Of a DNA stretch of 64,000 bases, positions 1 to 9,626 are shown one piece after another. Below the pieces are notes generated by a model. It saw only the letters and a list, made by a program, of their open reading frames with translations, was not told the origin of the DNA and did no database searches. The stretch is from Acidimicrobiia bacterium (lineage in GTDB: Bacteria > Actinomycetota > Acidimicrobiia > IMCC26256 > JAENVU01). Numbering within the stretch: position 1 is the stretch's first letter; every line of letters begins with the position of its first letter. The stretch spans positions 81,434 through 145,433 of the forward strand of contig JBKJIQ010000047.1 in assembly GCA_046598395.1 (NCBI GenBank). Direction: 5' to 3'. The position numbers and the translations under genes were made by a program.

Positions 1-42
1 GCCGAGGCCGGAGGCGGAGCCAGTCACCAGGTAGGTAGTCAT
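1..42 (-). CDS. SDR-family oxidoreductase, first 14 codons only (gene continues off the left edge)
   Basis: Reverse complement of 1..42 reads MTTYLVTGSASGLG, the TGxxxGxG Rossmann motif typical of an SDR N-terminus. A GAGGA Shine-Dalgarno-like sequence lies a few nt upstream. It sits 20 nt downstream of the cyclase gene stop on the same strand. Confidence 0.5.
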   Translation of the reverse strand, partial: MTTYLVTGSASGLG

Positions 43-62
43 GTCAGTTCCTCAGCATCTGT

Positions 63-995
63 TCACTTCGTCGCAGTCGGCGCTACGAGACCACCGCAGG
101 CGTAGGTGATCGGAAGCGGTGTGGCCGAAAGCAGAAACTCGTAGACCCCGTCGGCCGCACAATCGGTGGCGAGCTCATCGAGATCCCACTGCTGACCTTG
201 GGGCATGCCCACGTCCCGTAGCTCGATCATGTGCGTGGGGAAGAGGTACTGGTTCTCGCCGGGACACGGGTACGGCTCGAACACGTGCGTGTCGTTCGCG
301 ATCGCGGCGATGTCATGGTCGTGCAACCACTCGACCGCGTCGAGACCGATGCCCGGAGAGATGTCCGCGTAGCGATTCCGGTCTCCCACCCTCAGCCAAT
401 GCATCTGGCCAGTGCGCACCAACACGATGTCTCCGGGCAACGCCGTGAGCCCAGCCAATGCCAGACAGGAATCCAGGTCCGCGCCGGTCACCGCGTACGG
501 CTCGTTGAAGAACTCGACCCCATGAAACCGGGCCACGTCACACAACAGGCCGCGCGAGAGCACCGGGCCGAAATGTTCGATTCCGAGCTTGGTGGCGCCG
601 GATTCCATCGTGGTCGTAGCCGCGGCGATGCCGTTGTAGAGCAGGCCGTCGTAGCCCGCGTGAGACAGCGCATCCCAGTGGGTGGCCGATTGCGTGCCGG
701 TCACCACCTCGTCGTCGCTCGTCGCGAAGTCGCGTACGTCACCGCTGAAGGCGTACGACGCTTGCAGCATCGTGAGCGTGGGGTTCCTGCGGCCGAGAAT
801 GCGACCGGTTTGGGGACCGTCAAGGTCCATCGGGATCGAGAGCGAGAACGACACCCCGCGATGCACGGCGCCCGCACCGCGGCGGACCGCCGCGGCATCG
901 ATGAGGTTCAACGTGCCCCGTTGGTCATCGGCGCCCCAGCGCCCCCAGTTCGAGACCCGTTGCGCCAACGCTGCCTGTTCGGCGTCGAGCGGCAC
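63..995 (-). CDS. putative cyclase / arylformamidase-like family protein
   Basis: 310-aa ORF with a GTG start. Contains ...GTQSATHWDALSHAGYDG..., resembling the His/Asp metal motif of the putative-cyclase (kynurenine-formamidase-like) family. There is a 1-nt gap to the stop of the upstream ligase gene. Confidence 0.85.
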   Translation of the reverse strand: MPLDAEQAALAQRVSNWGRWGADDQRGTLNLIDAAAVRRGAGAVHRGVSFSLSIPMDLDGPQTGRILGRRNPTLTMLQASYAFSGDVRDFATSDDEVVTGTQSATHWDALSHAGYDGLLYNGIAAATTTMESGATKLGIEHFGPVLSRGLLCDVARFHGVEFFNEPYAVTGADLDSCLALAGLTALPGDIVLVRTGQMHWLRVGDRNRYADISPGIGLDAVEWLHDHDIAAIANDTHVFEPYPCPGENQYLFPTHMIELRDVGMPQGQQWDLDELATDCAADGVYEFLLSATPLPITYACGGLVAPTATK

Positions 996-996
996 G

Positions 997-2556
997 TCAG
1001 CTCCCGTAGATCGTGCGGAGTTCGTGCTTGAGTACCTTGCCGGTGGGATTGCGCGGCAGCACGGCGACGATCTCGAGCTGCTCCGGAATCTTCTGCACCA
1101 TCAGCCCTTCGTCTTTGCAGAACTCGAAGAGCTCCGGAAGCGTGGGCGGATTCGCCGGGTCCGCGGCCACGATGACCGCGCACGCACGTTCTCCGGATTG
1201 CGTATCGGGCAGGCCGATCACCGCGGCGTCGGCAATCGCGGGGTGGGTGAACAGCAGATCCTCCACTTCTTTGGCCGAAATGTTCTCCCCCTTGCGAATG
1301 ATCACGTCTTTGAGGCGGCCGGTGATCACCACGTGGTTGTCCTCGCGCACGATGCCGAGGTCGCCGGTGCGGAAGTAGCCGTCGGAGTCGAATCCCTCGG
1401 CGTTCAGGGCGGAATCGGTATACCCGAGGCACAAGTTTGGACCCTTGACGCGGATCTCACCCTCTTCGCCACGGCCCGCGACCGCGCCATCGAGGGTGAC
1501 CACGCGCACGTCGACGCCGAGGCAGAGAGCCCCCTCGGTGTTCGCGAGCTGCTCGTCGGTGGCGTCGACCCGGGCGATCGAGAGGATCGGACACTCGGTG
1601 AGTCCGTAGCCGGACGAGATCCCGATTCCCCCTAGCTCGTCCTTCACCTCGTAGTGCAGCTGCGGTGGCTTCGCCGCGCCGCCTCCCACAAATACTCGCG
1701 TCTCGGGGAACAACCGACGATCCGGTGTCGCCCGCTGCGCGGTGAGGTAGGCGAGGTGAAAGAACGTCCCTGCGCCCGCGATCGTCACTCGCTCCCGTTC
1801 GAGGACCGGGATCGTGAGATCCGGGACAAACGCCTCGACGATCACGTGGGGACAGCCCGCCATCAGCCCGGCGAACAGCCAGCCGATACCGCCGATGTGG
1901 GTGAACGGGAACACCATGGCGTTGCGGTCATCGGCCGTGAGGTTGAAGGCGTCGACCATCGAATAGGCCGACGCGGCCACGGTGTTGTCGTTATGGCGAG
2001 CGCCCTTCGGGTCCGCGGTGGTGCCTGATGTGTAGAACAGCCAGCGCAGCGGGCCATCGGCGCGAACACCCGGCGTGAAGGTGGCTCCACCAACGGGCAC
2101 GGGCGGCAGCGCCGCAACATCTCCATCGAGTGTGTCACCACGGTGCATCTCGAGCACCTCGACACCGGTGATCGCGCGCGCCATCGCACCAAAGTCGAAG
2201 CCCCGCCATTCGCCTGGCACCACCAGCAACTTGGCGCCGGCTTCGCGGACGACGAAAGCGACTTCGCGTTCGCGATAGATCGGCAGGATTGGGTTCTGCA
2301 CTGCCCCTAACCGAGCGAGGCCACCCACGAGCACCATCGACTCGATCCACGTGGGCATCTGCCACGACACCACATCACCTTCGCCGATTCCGCGAGCATG
2401 AAACGCGGCGGCCGCTCGCTCCGAGGCATCGCGATACTCGGCGAAGGTCAGCGTGCGCGAGTCCTCATCGATCACGAACCGCGCGTCAGGAGTATCCGCG
2501 GCGCGAGCAACGATCAACTCCCAGAGCGACGTGAACTGCGTCAGTCGTTGCGCCAC
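997..2556 (-). CDS. AMP-dependent acyl-CoA synthetase/ligase
   Basis: 519 aa. Carries the AMP-binding signature YTSGTTADPKGA, GYGLTE, and C-terminal PRNPTGKVLKHEL. Only a 4-nt gap separates it from the upstream SDR stop. Confidence 0.92.
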   Translation of the reverse strand: MAQRLTQFTSLWELIVARAADTPDARFVIDEDSRTLTFAEYRDASERAAAAFHARGIGEGDVVSWQMPTWIESMVLVGGLARLGAVQNPILPIYREREVAFVVREAGAKLLVVPGEWRGFDFGAMARAITGVEVLEMHRGDTLDGDVAALPPVPVGGATFTPGVRADGPLRWLFYTSGTTADPKGARHNDNTVAASAYSMVDAFNLTADDRNAMVFPFTHIGGIGWLFAGLMAGCPHVIVEAFVPDLTIPVLERERVTIAGAGTFFHLAYLTAQRATPDRRLFPETRVFVGGGAAKPPQLHYEVKDELGGIGISSGYGLTECPILSIARVDATDEQLANTEGALCLGVDVRVVTLDGAVAGRGEEGEIRVKGPNLCLGYTDSALNAEGFDSDGYFRTGDLGIVREDNHVVITGRLKDVIIRKGENISAKEVEDLLFTHPAIADAAVIGLPDTQSGERACAVIVAADPANPPTLPELFEFCKDEGLMVQKIPEQLEIVAVLPRNPTGKVLKHELRTIYGS

Positions 2557-2560
2557 CGCT

Positions 2561-3367
2561 TCAGCCTGCCTCGGCGGGGTTCGTCGGTGAAGTCTTCGGT
2601 TTCGGGAATCCGCCCCCGTAGGTCACCAGTCCCCCATCGATCGAGATGATCGAGCCGATCATGTACCTCGCTATGTCGGAAGCGACGTAGGCGATGCATT
2701 CAGCGACCTCCTCGGGTTCGGAAACGCCGATGCGACTCATCACGGGCCGCAAGACATCGAAGTCCGCATCCTCGGGGAGTCGGAAGCCCTTGGTGAGCGG
2801 CGTGCGCATCCCACCAGGTGCCACACAGTTGACCCGTACGCCCTGATCGACGTATTCGACCGCGAGCGCACGAGTCAGGTTCACGACGCCACCCTTCGAC
2901 GCGCAATAGGCCGCCGAGTACGGCTGACCCATGATCCCGGCGTTCGACGCGATGTTCACGATCGCGCCGCCACCGTCGAGCAAGTACGGAAGTGTGAATC
3001 GGCACATCAAGAACGTACCGGTGAGATTCACGCCGATGATGGATGCCCACCGCTCCGGCGACTCCTCTTCGCTTTTCGCAAACCCGCCGATACCGGCCGA
3101 GTTGACCAGGAGCTGCGGGCGACCGAGCTCCGTTGCGATCGCATCGACCGTGGCTTGGACCGAGGCCGGGTCGCTCACATCCGCGGCATACGGCTTGGCG
3201 GTACCGCCCGCGCCCACGATCTCGGCCACGGCGGCTTCCGCGGTCTCCGCAGACAGGTCGACCACCGCGACGGATGCGCCTTCCGCGGCGAACAGTGCAG
3301 CGGTGGCACGACCGAGGCCGGAACCGGCACCGGTGACAATCGCGACTCGGTCGGTGAAACGCGCCAT
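2561..3367 (-). CDS. SDR-family oxidoreductase
   Basis: I use the ATG at 3367 (sixth codon of track ORF 2561..3382, which opens with TTG), preceded by GGGAG. Motifs: VTGAGSGLG Rossmann motif and the YCASK catalytic YxxxK. Confidence 0.9.
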   Translation of the reverse strand: MARFTDRVAIVTGAGSGLGRATAALFAAEGASVAVVDLSAETAEAAVAEIVGAGGTAKPYAADVSDPASVQATVDAIATELGRPQLLVNSAGIGGFAKSEEESPERWASIIGVNLTGTFLMCRFTLPYLLDGGGAIVNIASNAGIMGQPYSAAYCASKGGVVNLTRALAVEYVDQGVRVNCVAPGGMRTPLTKGFRLPEDADFDVLRPVMSRIGVSEPEEVAECIAYVASDIARYMIGSIISIDGGLVTYGGGFPKPKTSPTNPAEAG

Positions 3368-3405
3368 GACGGGGACTCCCAAAGCTGGTGGACGACGGCG
3401 CAGAA

Positions 3406-3424
3406 ATCTAACGCCTCGTCAGGT
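3406..3424. promoter_or_regulatory. candidate operator, site 1 of a shared inverted-repeat box (ATCTAACGCCTCGTCAGGT)
   Basis: Lies in the 80-bp divergent intergenic region between starts 3367 (-) and 3448 (+). It matches the sites at 14286 and 23209 at 15/19 and 14/19 positions, with identical arm spacing. Confidence 0.45.
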
Positions 3425-3447
3425 CCGGCTCGTAGAGTCAAGAAATC

Positions 3448-4959
3448 ATGGTTGCATCCGCCCACACCGCGGCGCTCTTGCGCGTCGCCGCCGCCACCCA
3501 TCCCGACCGCGACGCCTACGTCCACAACAACAAGCGAGCCACCTACGCCTGGCTCGACCGGGTGGCCGACGGGTTCGCCACGACGTTGATCGGACTCGGA
3601 GTGCAACCCGGCGATGTGGTGGCCCTGATGCTGCCCTCCTCCATCAAGTTCGCAGCGTGCTACCTGGGCGCCCTCCGGGCCGGCGCGATTACCTCGGCCA
3701 TCAACGGTCGACTCGGCGAGAACGAGCAACGCAGCATCCTGGACCGCACCACCCCTGCGGTCACCGTGGTGGGAGACGGTGCCACGCCCCCCGACGGCGC
3801 GCCGATCGGCCAGGTCATCCGAGTCGAAGACCTCAAGGATGCGTTCGGCACGACGCCCACGGCCACGTTTCCGGACCTCACCATGACCGACGCGGCGTGC
3901 ATTGTTTGGACCAGCGGCACCACCGGGATCCCGAAGGGCGCGGTCTACGACCATGCACGCATGCGCGCCATCAGCGACAACATCGGCCAACTCACCGAAC
4001 CCGGCGATCGCCGGTTGGTCGTGCTCCCTTTTCCTCACGTGGGGTACATGACCCGCATGTGGGACGAACTCGCGAACGGCACCACGGTCGTGATCGCGAG
4101 TGAACCGTGGTCGGCCGCCGAGACGTTGCGGCTCATACGCGACGAACACATCACGATGGGAACCGGAGTTCCCACCCAATGGGAACTTGTCCTCTCCCAC
4201 CCGGACATCGCGGCCACAGATTTCTCGGGGCTGCGGGTGGTGGGAACCGGCGGCGCCACGATCGCTCCGGACTTGATTCGTCGGATGCGAGAGACGTTGC
4301 GATGTCCGGTCATCACCCGATACACGAGTACCGAGGCCGGCGTGACCACCAGCACCCTCGTTGGTGATCCCGACGACGTCATTGCGACCACCGTCGGCCG
4401 GCCCGCGCCGGATGTGGAACTGCGCATACTACCGATCGACGGCGACGTTCACGGAGGTGACGTTCACGGGCGCGTCGGCGATGTGGGCGAGATCCTGTCC
4501 CGGTCGCCCGCCATGATGCGGGAGTACTGGTGCGACCCCGTCACGACCGCGGCCACCATCGACGCCGACGGCTGGCTCCACACCGGAGACTTGGGCGTGA
4601 TCGGCGACGACGGCAACCTGCGAATCGTGGGTCGGCTCAAGGAGATGTACATCCGCGGCGGCTACAACGTGTATCCCTCCGAAGTGGAGGCAACGCTCGG
4701 AACTCACCCGGAGGTGGCACAGGTCGCGGTGATCGGAATGCCCGAACCGGTGCTCGGCGAGATCGGAGTGGCGTTCGTCGTCGCCACCGACGCTCAGGAC
4801 CCGCCTGATCTCACCACCCTGCGAGACTGGTGCCGGTCTCGTATTGCCGACTACAAGGCACCGGACAAACTCATCACGGTCGAGGCGTTGCCACTCAACG
4901 CCACCAACAAGGTCGACAAAGCCAGCCTCGCAACCACCTACGCGTCAACGCGGGCATAG
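3448..4959 (+). CDS. AMP-dependent acyl-CoA synthetase/ligase
   Basis: 503 aa with an ATG start. Carries WTSGTTGIPKGAVYDH, TGDLG, and C-terminal LNATNKVDK. Confidence 0.92.
   Translation: MVASAHTAALLRVAAATHPDRDAYVHNNKRATYAWLDRVADGFATTLIGLGVQPGDVVALMLPSSIKFAACYLGALRAGAITSAINGRLGENEQRSILDRTTPAVTVVGDGATPPDGAPIGQVIRVEDLKDAFGTTPTATFPDLTMTDAACIVWTSGTTGIPKGAVYDHARMRAISDNIGQLTEPGDRRLVVLPFPHVGYMTRMWDELANGTTVVIASEPWSAAETLRLIRDEHITMGTGVPTQWELVLSHPDIAATDFSGLRVVGTGGATIAPDLIRRMRETLRCPVITRYTSTEAGVTTSTLVGDPDDVIATTVGRPAPDVELRILPIDGDVHGGDVHGRVGDVGEILSRSPAMMREYWCDPVTTAATIDADGWLHTGDLGVIGDDGNLRIVGRLKEMYIRGGYNVYPSEVEATLGTHPEVAQVAVIGMPEPVLGEIGVAFVVATDAQDPPDLTTLRDWCRSRIADYKAPDKLITVEALPLNATNKVDKASLATTYASTRA
4441..4470 (+). 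repeat. in-frame 15-bp tandem duplication inside the ligase gene (GDVHG-GDVHG)
   Basis: ggcgacgttcacgga is directly followed by ggtgacgttcacggg (13/15 identical). The translation is DGDVHGGDVHG. Confidence 0.8.
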
Positions 4960-4995
4960 CGCGCGCAGCTGCCGCCGAAACAAAAGGACATCGAT

Positions 4996-5802
4996 ATGGC
5001 CATTCAAGAAGTGGGCTCGGGCGATACCCGCGTCAAGCCGATCAAGCTGGGCGGCGCACTCGTCACCATCGTGGAACCACACCGGGGCCACGAGGTCGAC
5101 TACAACCGCTGGTACGAGCGCGACCACTTCTACTCGGGCTGCATGATCGGCGCCTGGACCATCAGCGGTACCCGTTACGTTGCAACCCGTGCCCACAAGA
5201 ACGTGCGGTTCCCCGCGATTTCTGATGGCATTGCGCCGGTTGCGTCACCCTTGGATCAAGGTTCCTACGTCGCGATCTACTGGGTCCTCGCGGGCAAGTT
5301 CGGCGAATGGATTCGGTGGGGCACCGACCAGGTCAACTGGCTGCACGAGAACGAGCGGATGTTCTCCCATCGCGATCATGTGCACACCGCGATGTACAAG
5401 CTGCGTGGGGAGTCACACGCCGATGCCGACGGCGTTCCCGTGGAACTCGCGCTCGACCGCGGCTACCCCGGTCTCGTGATCATGATGGCCGAACCGCCCG
5501 AAGGTTCGGATGGCGCCTGGCTCACCGACTGGGTTTCGCAACGTTCGTCGGCGCCCGCCGATCAAGTGGTTGCACTCACGAGCGTTCCGCTCCTCGCCGA
5601 TGCCCCACCCGACGTTCCCCTCACCCCCGAGACCGAGCGCGTGTGCTTGCTCTGGTTCGACGAGCAGGATCCGCTGGATCGCTGGGACGGGTATCAAAAG
5701 ATCGCAGCCGACCTCGAAGCTGCCGGCGGACGCGTGGTGTTCGCGGCGCCGTTCATCAAGACGGTCCCCGGCACCGATACCTATACCGATCAGCTTTGGT
5801 AG
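4996..5802 (+). CDS. conserved hypothetical protein (no family I can name with confidence)
   Basis: 268-aa ORF whose ATG is preceded by AAGGA, starting 36 nt after the ligase stop. The translation is globular-looking (VTIVEPHRGHEVDYNRWYERDHF...), unlike the Arg/Pro-rich shadow ORFs. Confidence 0.7.
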   Translation: MAIQEVGSGDTRVKPIKLGGALVTIVEPHRGHEVDYNRWYERDHFYSGCMIGAWTISGTRYVATRAHKNVRFPAISDGIAPVASPLDQGSYVAIYWVLAGKFGEWIRWGTDQVNWLHENERMFSHRDHVHTAMYKLRGESHADADGVPVELALDRGYPGLVIMMAEPPEGSDGAWLTDWVSQRSSAPADQVVALTSVPLLADAPPDVPLTPETERVCLLWFDEQDPLDRWDGYQKIAADLEAAGGRVVFAAPFIKTVPGTDTYTDQLW

Positions 5803-5810
5803 CCGGTCCG

Positions 5811-6170
5811 GTGCCACCGAACTCCGACGAACACGACCAGGGAATCGAACCCGACGTTCGCTTCACCTACGCGAACGAGCGAACGTTCCTCGCGTGGAAT
5901 CGCACCGCGCTTGCGCTCATCGCAACCGGGGTTGCGGCAACCCAGCTCCTACCAAAGTTCGGTGTTGACTTCGGCCGCCGAATCCTCGGCCTGCCACTGA
6001 TCGCACTGGGCGCGGTCCTGGCAGTCACCAGCTACCAGTACTGGCAACGCAACCAACGGGCGATGCGTCGATCAGAGCCACTTCCGCGATCGCCGATGCC
6101 GCTGATCCTCTCGATCGGCATCGGTGGAGTGGCAGTCATTGCCGTGGTGCTGGGCCTGTTCGGCAACTGA
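5811..6170 (+). CDS. DUF202 (YidH-like) membrane protein
   Basis: ANERTFLAWNRTALALIATG motif followed by hydrophobic helices. I chose the GTG at 5811 because the rest of track ORF 5307..6170 overlaps the previous gene in another frame. Confidence 0.7.
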   Translation: MPPNSDEHDQGIEPDVRFTYANERTFLAWNRTALALIATGVAATQLLPKFGVDFGRRILGLPLIALGAVLAVTSYQYWQRNQRAMRRSEPLPRSPMPLILSIGIGGVAVIAVVLGLFGN

Positions 6171-6502
6171 TGGCGTCTCCCATCGAGCCCGGCGACGACG
6201 GTCTCTCCCCCGAGCGCACCGTGATGGCGTGGAACCGGTCCGGGATTGCATTTCTCGTGGCCATCGCCGCGCTCGGCCGACGACTCTGGCCGCTCGATCG
6301 GGGGAACCATCGGATCGTGCTCATCACTGTTGGCATCGCCGCGATGGCTTTCCTCGGGAGCCTCTGGAACGCATCGCGCCTTCGCACCCATTCGCGCTAC
6401 GGCGGCGAGACACTCGACCCCCACGCGTTTCGGCTGGTGAGCGGGGGAACGTTGGTACTGGCGGTCGCCGGGTTTGCCCTCGCGCTCTTCCCGGCGACCT
6501 AG
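6170..6502 (+). CDS. DUF202-like small membrane protein (YidG-like partner)
   Basis: 110 aa. TGATG stop/start overlap with the previous gene. ERTVMAWNRSGIAFLVAI motif plus three hydrophobic segments. Confidence 0.7.
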   Translation: MASPIEPGDDGLSPERTVMAWNRSGIAFLVAIAALGRRLWPLDRGNHRIVLITVGIAAMAFLGSLWNASRLRTHSRYGGETLDPHAFRLVSGGTLVLAVAGFALALFPAT

Positions 6503-7503
6503 CGGCCGCTCGGGTCCTCCGGCCGCAGCCGCGGCAGTACCGCGGCCGCGAAGAGCTCCAAGCTTTCCCAGGCCAAATGCGGCGGCAGTCCACCCGCGAG
6601 TGGGTTGAACGTCAGCGCACCGCCCGGTACCACCGCACCGGCGGCCGCGACCACTTCGTCGGGCGTTCCCACCAAAACCTGGGGCGACGCCTTGAGTTCA
6701 TCGATCGAGTTCGCGGACACCATCGGCACCGAGTGCTGGCCACCGGTCTGGATGCGCGCGTAGGTCTGTGCCTCGTGCAACACGTAGGGACCGATCTCGG
6801 ACCAGGTCTTTTCGGGGTCTTCGGTCACATGGATGAACGTCGGGCCCGACGGCTTCATCACGTAGCCGCCCTCGAAACCGACCTGCTCCGCTTCGTCGGC
6901 GTACCACTCGGCCAAGCGAGGATCGGAGTTCATGGGCAGCATCGGCAACCGCAATCGCGCCGCACGACGCGCCGCGGCTTCCACCCCACCCCCCACGAGG
7001 AGCGGTGGATGCGGATCGGTGAAGCCTCGAGGCGTCACCTGCACGGTTCTTCCTTCGTAGGTGAACTCCTCACCCGTGAACGCCTGCAACATCACCTCGA
7101 TGTGCGATTCGAGAATGGCACCGCGCCGTTTGATCTCTACGTCGGCCATCGCAAACTCTTCCGGTCGGTAGCCCGCCCCCACCACGGTCCAGACCCGCCC
7201 TCGAGCGATGTGATCCAGCACCACCAACTGCTCGGCGATCCGGATCGGATCATGCAACGGGAGGACCACCGCCGACAGCAGGATCGGCAGACGCTTCGTG
7301 GCACCCACGATCGCGGCGGCAGCCGTGATCGGAGCCGGCATCCACCCGTCTTCGAATCCGTGGTGTTCCGACACCACTCCGAAGTCGAAGCCGTGCTCAT
7401 CGGCGAAGCGAAACTGCTCGAGCGCGGCGGAGTAGATCTCGGCTTGAGTACTGGATCCGTCGACCGGAGCCCGGAAGTCGTGGCGCATGGTCAAGAAAGG
7501 CAT
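6499..7503 (-). CDS. LLM-class (luciferase-like) flavin/F420-dependent oxidoreductase
   Basis: I use the internal ATG at 7503 (MPFLTMRHDF...). Motifs: FGVVSEHHG and LDHIARGRVWTVVGAGYR. The upstream part of the track ORF overlaps the next gene. Confidence 0.85.
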   Translation of the reverse strand: MPFLTMRHDFRAPVDGSSTQAEIYSAALEQFRFADEHGFDFGVVSEHHGFEDGWMPAPITAAAAIVGATKRLPILLSAVVLPLHDPIRIAEQLVVLDHIARGRVWTVVGAGYRPEEFAMADVEIKRRGAILESHIEVMLQAFTGEEFTYEGRTVQVTPRGFTDPHPPLLVGGGVEAAARRAARLRLPMLPMNSDPRLAEWYADEAEQVGFEGGYVMKPSGPTFIHVTEDPEKTWSEIGPYVLHEAQTYARIQTGGQHSVPMVSANSIDELKASPQVLVGTPDEVVAAAGAVVPGGALTFNPLAGGLPPHLAWESLELFAAAVLPRLRPEDPSGR

Positions 7504-7514
7504 GTTCGCTCCGT

Positions 7515-8450
7515 TCAGCGGGTGAGGTCCGGGCCGACCTCGGCGCCAAAGCGCGCCATCTGGTCGCACAACTCGTCGAGAGAGCGGGCCGCGAACCGCA
7601 GTTGGAGGTGCGACACACCCATCGCGCCGTATTCGTTCAGTGAACTCGCGATCTTGGCCGGCGATCCGGTCAACGCATACTTGGGCGTCTCCCACTCGGG
7701 GTCACCGACGTAGATGTGTTCGGTGATCATGCCGATGTCGAACGTGGCACCGGGCCGCAACTCGTCGCGCTGCGCGTGGAGATAGTCGATCGACTCCGGC
7801 ATGAGCTTGCGCGGCGTTCCTTGGGGAATCCAGCCGTCGCCGCGAGCGGCAACGCGCCGCAACGCAGGCTTCGACGATCCGCCGATCCATACCGGCGGCC
7901 GGGGCTGCTGCACGGGTCGCGGCGCCAGACCCACATCGCCCACGTATTCGTCCAACCACGCTGCCACGATCCCATCGACCGCCGCGTCCGTGAGCGCGCC
8001 CCGGTCCTTGAACGAGACCCCGAGTGCATCGAACTCGCCTTCAACGTGGCCGGCCCCCACCCCCAGAATGACCCGGCCGCCCGAAAGTTTGTCGAGCGTG
8101 GCGAAGGCTTTGGCGGTCTCGAGCGGGTGGCGATATGCCGCAACGAACACGTTGGTCATCAAGCGGACGCGCTCGGTCTGGCCGGCCAGCCAACCGAGCG
8201 TGGCCACCGGGTGGTACCAGGTGGTCGACATCATCTCGGCCTTCTCACGAGGGATGGCGATGTGATCACAGATCGCCACGTAGAAGAAGCCCGCCCGATC
8301 GGCAGCCTGCGCGGCGGCGAGCAACTCGGCCGGCCCCGCACCCTCGCGTTCCCAGGGCATCGATGTGTTCACCGAGAGCGCCTGGACCGGCAGTTGGATG
8401 CCGTAGACGAGCCGACCTTCCGGTACGACGGACACGGTGGTGTGGGTCAC
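7515..8450 (-). CDS. LLM-class F420/flavin-dependent oxidoreductase
   Basis: The GTG at 8450 forms a GTGA overlap with the upstream gene's stop. Motifs: YVAICDHIAIP and LDKLSGGRVILGVGAGH. Confidence 0.85.
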   Translation of the reverse strand: MTHTTVSVVPEGRLVYGIQLPVQALSVNTSMPWEREGAGPAELLAAAQAADRAGFFYVAICDHIAIPREKAEMMSTTWYHPVATLGWLAGQTERVRLMTNVFVAAYRHPLETAKAFATLDKLSGGRVILGVGAGHVEGEFDALGVSFKDRGALTDAAVDGIVAAWLDEYVGDVGLAPRPVQQPRPPVWIGGSSKPALRRVAARGDGWIPQGTPRKLMPESIDYLHAQRDELRPGATFDIGMITEHIYVGDPEWETPKYALTGSPAKIASSLNEYGAMGVSHLQLRFAARSLDELCDQMARFGAEVGPDLTR

Positions 8451-9574
8451 GGGAGTTGCGCCTCTCGTTGTCGGGTCGTTGAGTGCAGCGAGTCGCGATC
8501 GAATATCGGCAGGACGTCGCGGCCGAACACCTCGAGCGATTCCTGGGCAATCTCCAACGGCAACGTGTTGTTGAGGACGCCGAAGATCAGTTGATCCGCA
8601 CCCGCGCCGCGCCACCGTTCCACCGACCGTGCCACATCCTCCGGCGCGCCGATACTGCGGCGACCGGCCACCACCGATTCCAGGAGTTCCTCAACGCTTG
8701 GCTCGGCGACGGTGAAGTTGGTGCGGTCGATCTCAACTGGGAGCGGGATCGAATCGAGCCAACGCACCACCAGCGACTGGTATTGCGCCGAACCGATGTG
8801 CCGGAACAACTCAACCGCGCGATTTCGATCTTCGAGACACAGCAACATAGAAACGCACGCCACGTTCTCATTGATGAACGCGCCCGCCGGCTCATCGCAC
8901 TTCGCGATGGCATTGCGATAGGTCTCGATCAGCGGCGCCAGATCCTCGGGCTCCCCCATCGTGAAGCACAACGCGCCCATGCCGAGCCGGCCCGCCTTCT
9001 CGAAGGTGGCGGGGCTTCCGCACGCGAGCCACAGCGGCGGATGCGGCGCGCTCCACATTCTCGGGAGCACGGAACGTGACGGCATCGAGAACGCCGTGCC
9101 GTCGTACGAGTACGGATCCTCGGTCAACATGCGAATGAGTTCGGGAAGGGTCTCGTCGAACAGATCGCGGGTGGTCTCCGCATCCGGAATGCCAAATCCT
9201 TGGTACTCGGTGCTCGACGATCCCCGCCCGACCCCGAGTTCGAAGCGGCCACCGCTGAGATGGTCGAGCATCGCGACGCGCTCGGCGATCCGCGCCGGGT
9301 GATTCACCGGGGGCGTGATGTTGAAGATCCCGGACCCGATGTGGATGTTCTTGGTACGCGCTGCGACGTACCCCATGAGAACCTCGCTCGCCGAGACGTG
9401 CGAGTACTCGCGCAGGAAATGGTGTTCGGTGAACCAGCCGTATTTGAACCCCGCGGCATCGGCCGTGACCGCAACCTCAACCTCGTCCAGCAGCCGTCGG
9501 TGTTCTGCGCCGCGTTGCGCGGTCGGGTCAGGTTGGTTCGGCACATGACCGGAATGAAAGACCCCGAACTCCAT
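8447..9574 (-). CDS. LLM-class flavin-dependent oxidoreductase
   Basis: 375 aa. Motifs: GWFTEHHFLREYSH and LDHLSGGRFELGVGRG. Confidence 0.9.
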   Translation of the reverse strand: MEFGVFHSGHVPNQPDPTAQRGAEHRRLLDEVEVAVTADAAGFKYGWFTEHHFLREYSHVSASEVLMGYVAARTKNIHIGSGIFNITPPVNHPARIAERVAMLDHLSGGRFELGVGRGSSSTEYQGFGIPDAETTRDLFDETLPELIRMLTEDPYSYDGTAFSMPSRSVLPRMWSAPHPPLWLACGSPATFEKAGRLGMGALCFTMGEPEDLAPLIETYRNAIAKCDEPAGAFINENVACVSMLLCLEDRNRAVELFRHIGSAQYQSLVVRWLDSIPLPVEIDRTNFTVAEPSVEELLESVVAGRRSIGAPEDVARSVERWRGAGADQLIFGVLNNTLPLEIAQESLEVFGRDVLPIFDRDSLHSTTRQREAQLP

Positions 9575-9626
9575 CCTTATTTGCCTTCTCTCTTTGCGGC
9601 GCGACGGGCGGTGCCGCTTGGGGCGA

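Noticed and set aside
6124-7713. 529-aa ORF on the plus strand
   Set aside because: Apart from its 5' end, which overlaps the plus-strand DUF202 genes in another frame, it is antisense to the LLM genes at 6499..7503 and 7515..8450. The translation is Arg/Pro/His-rich.
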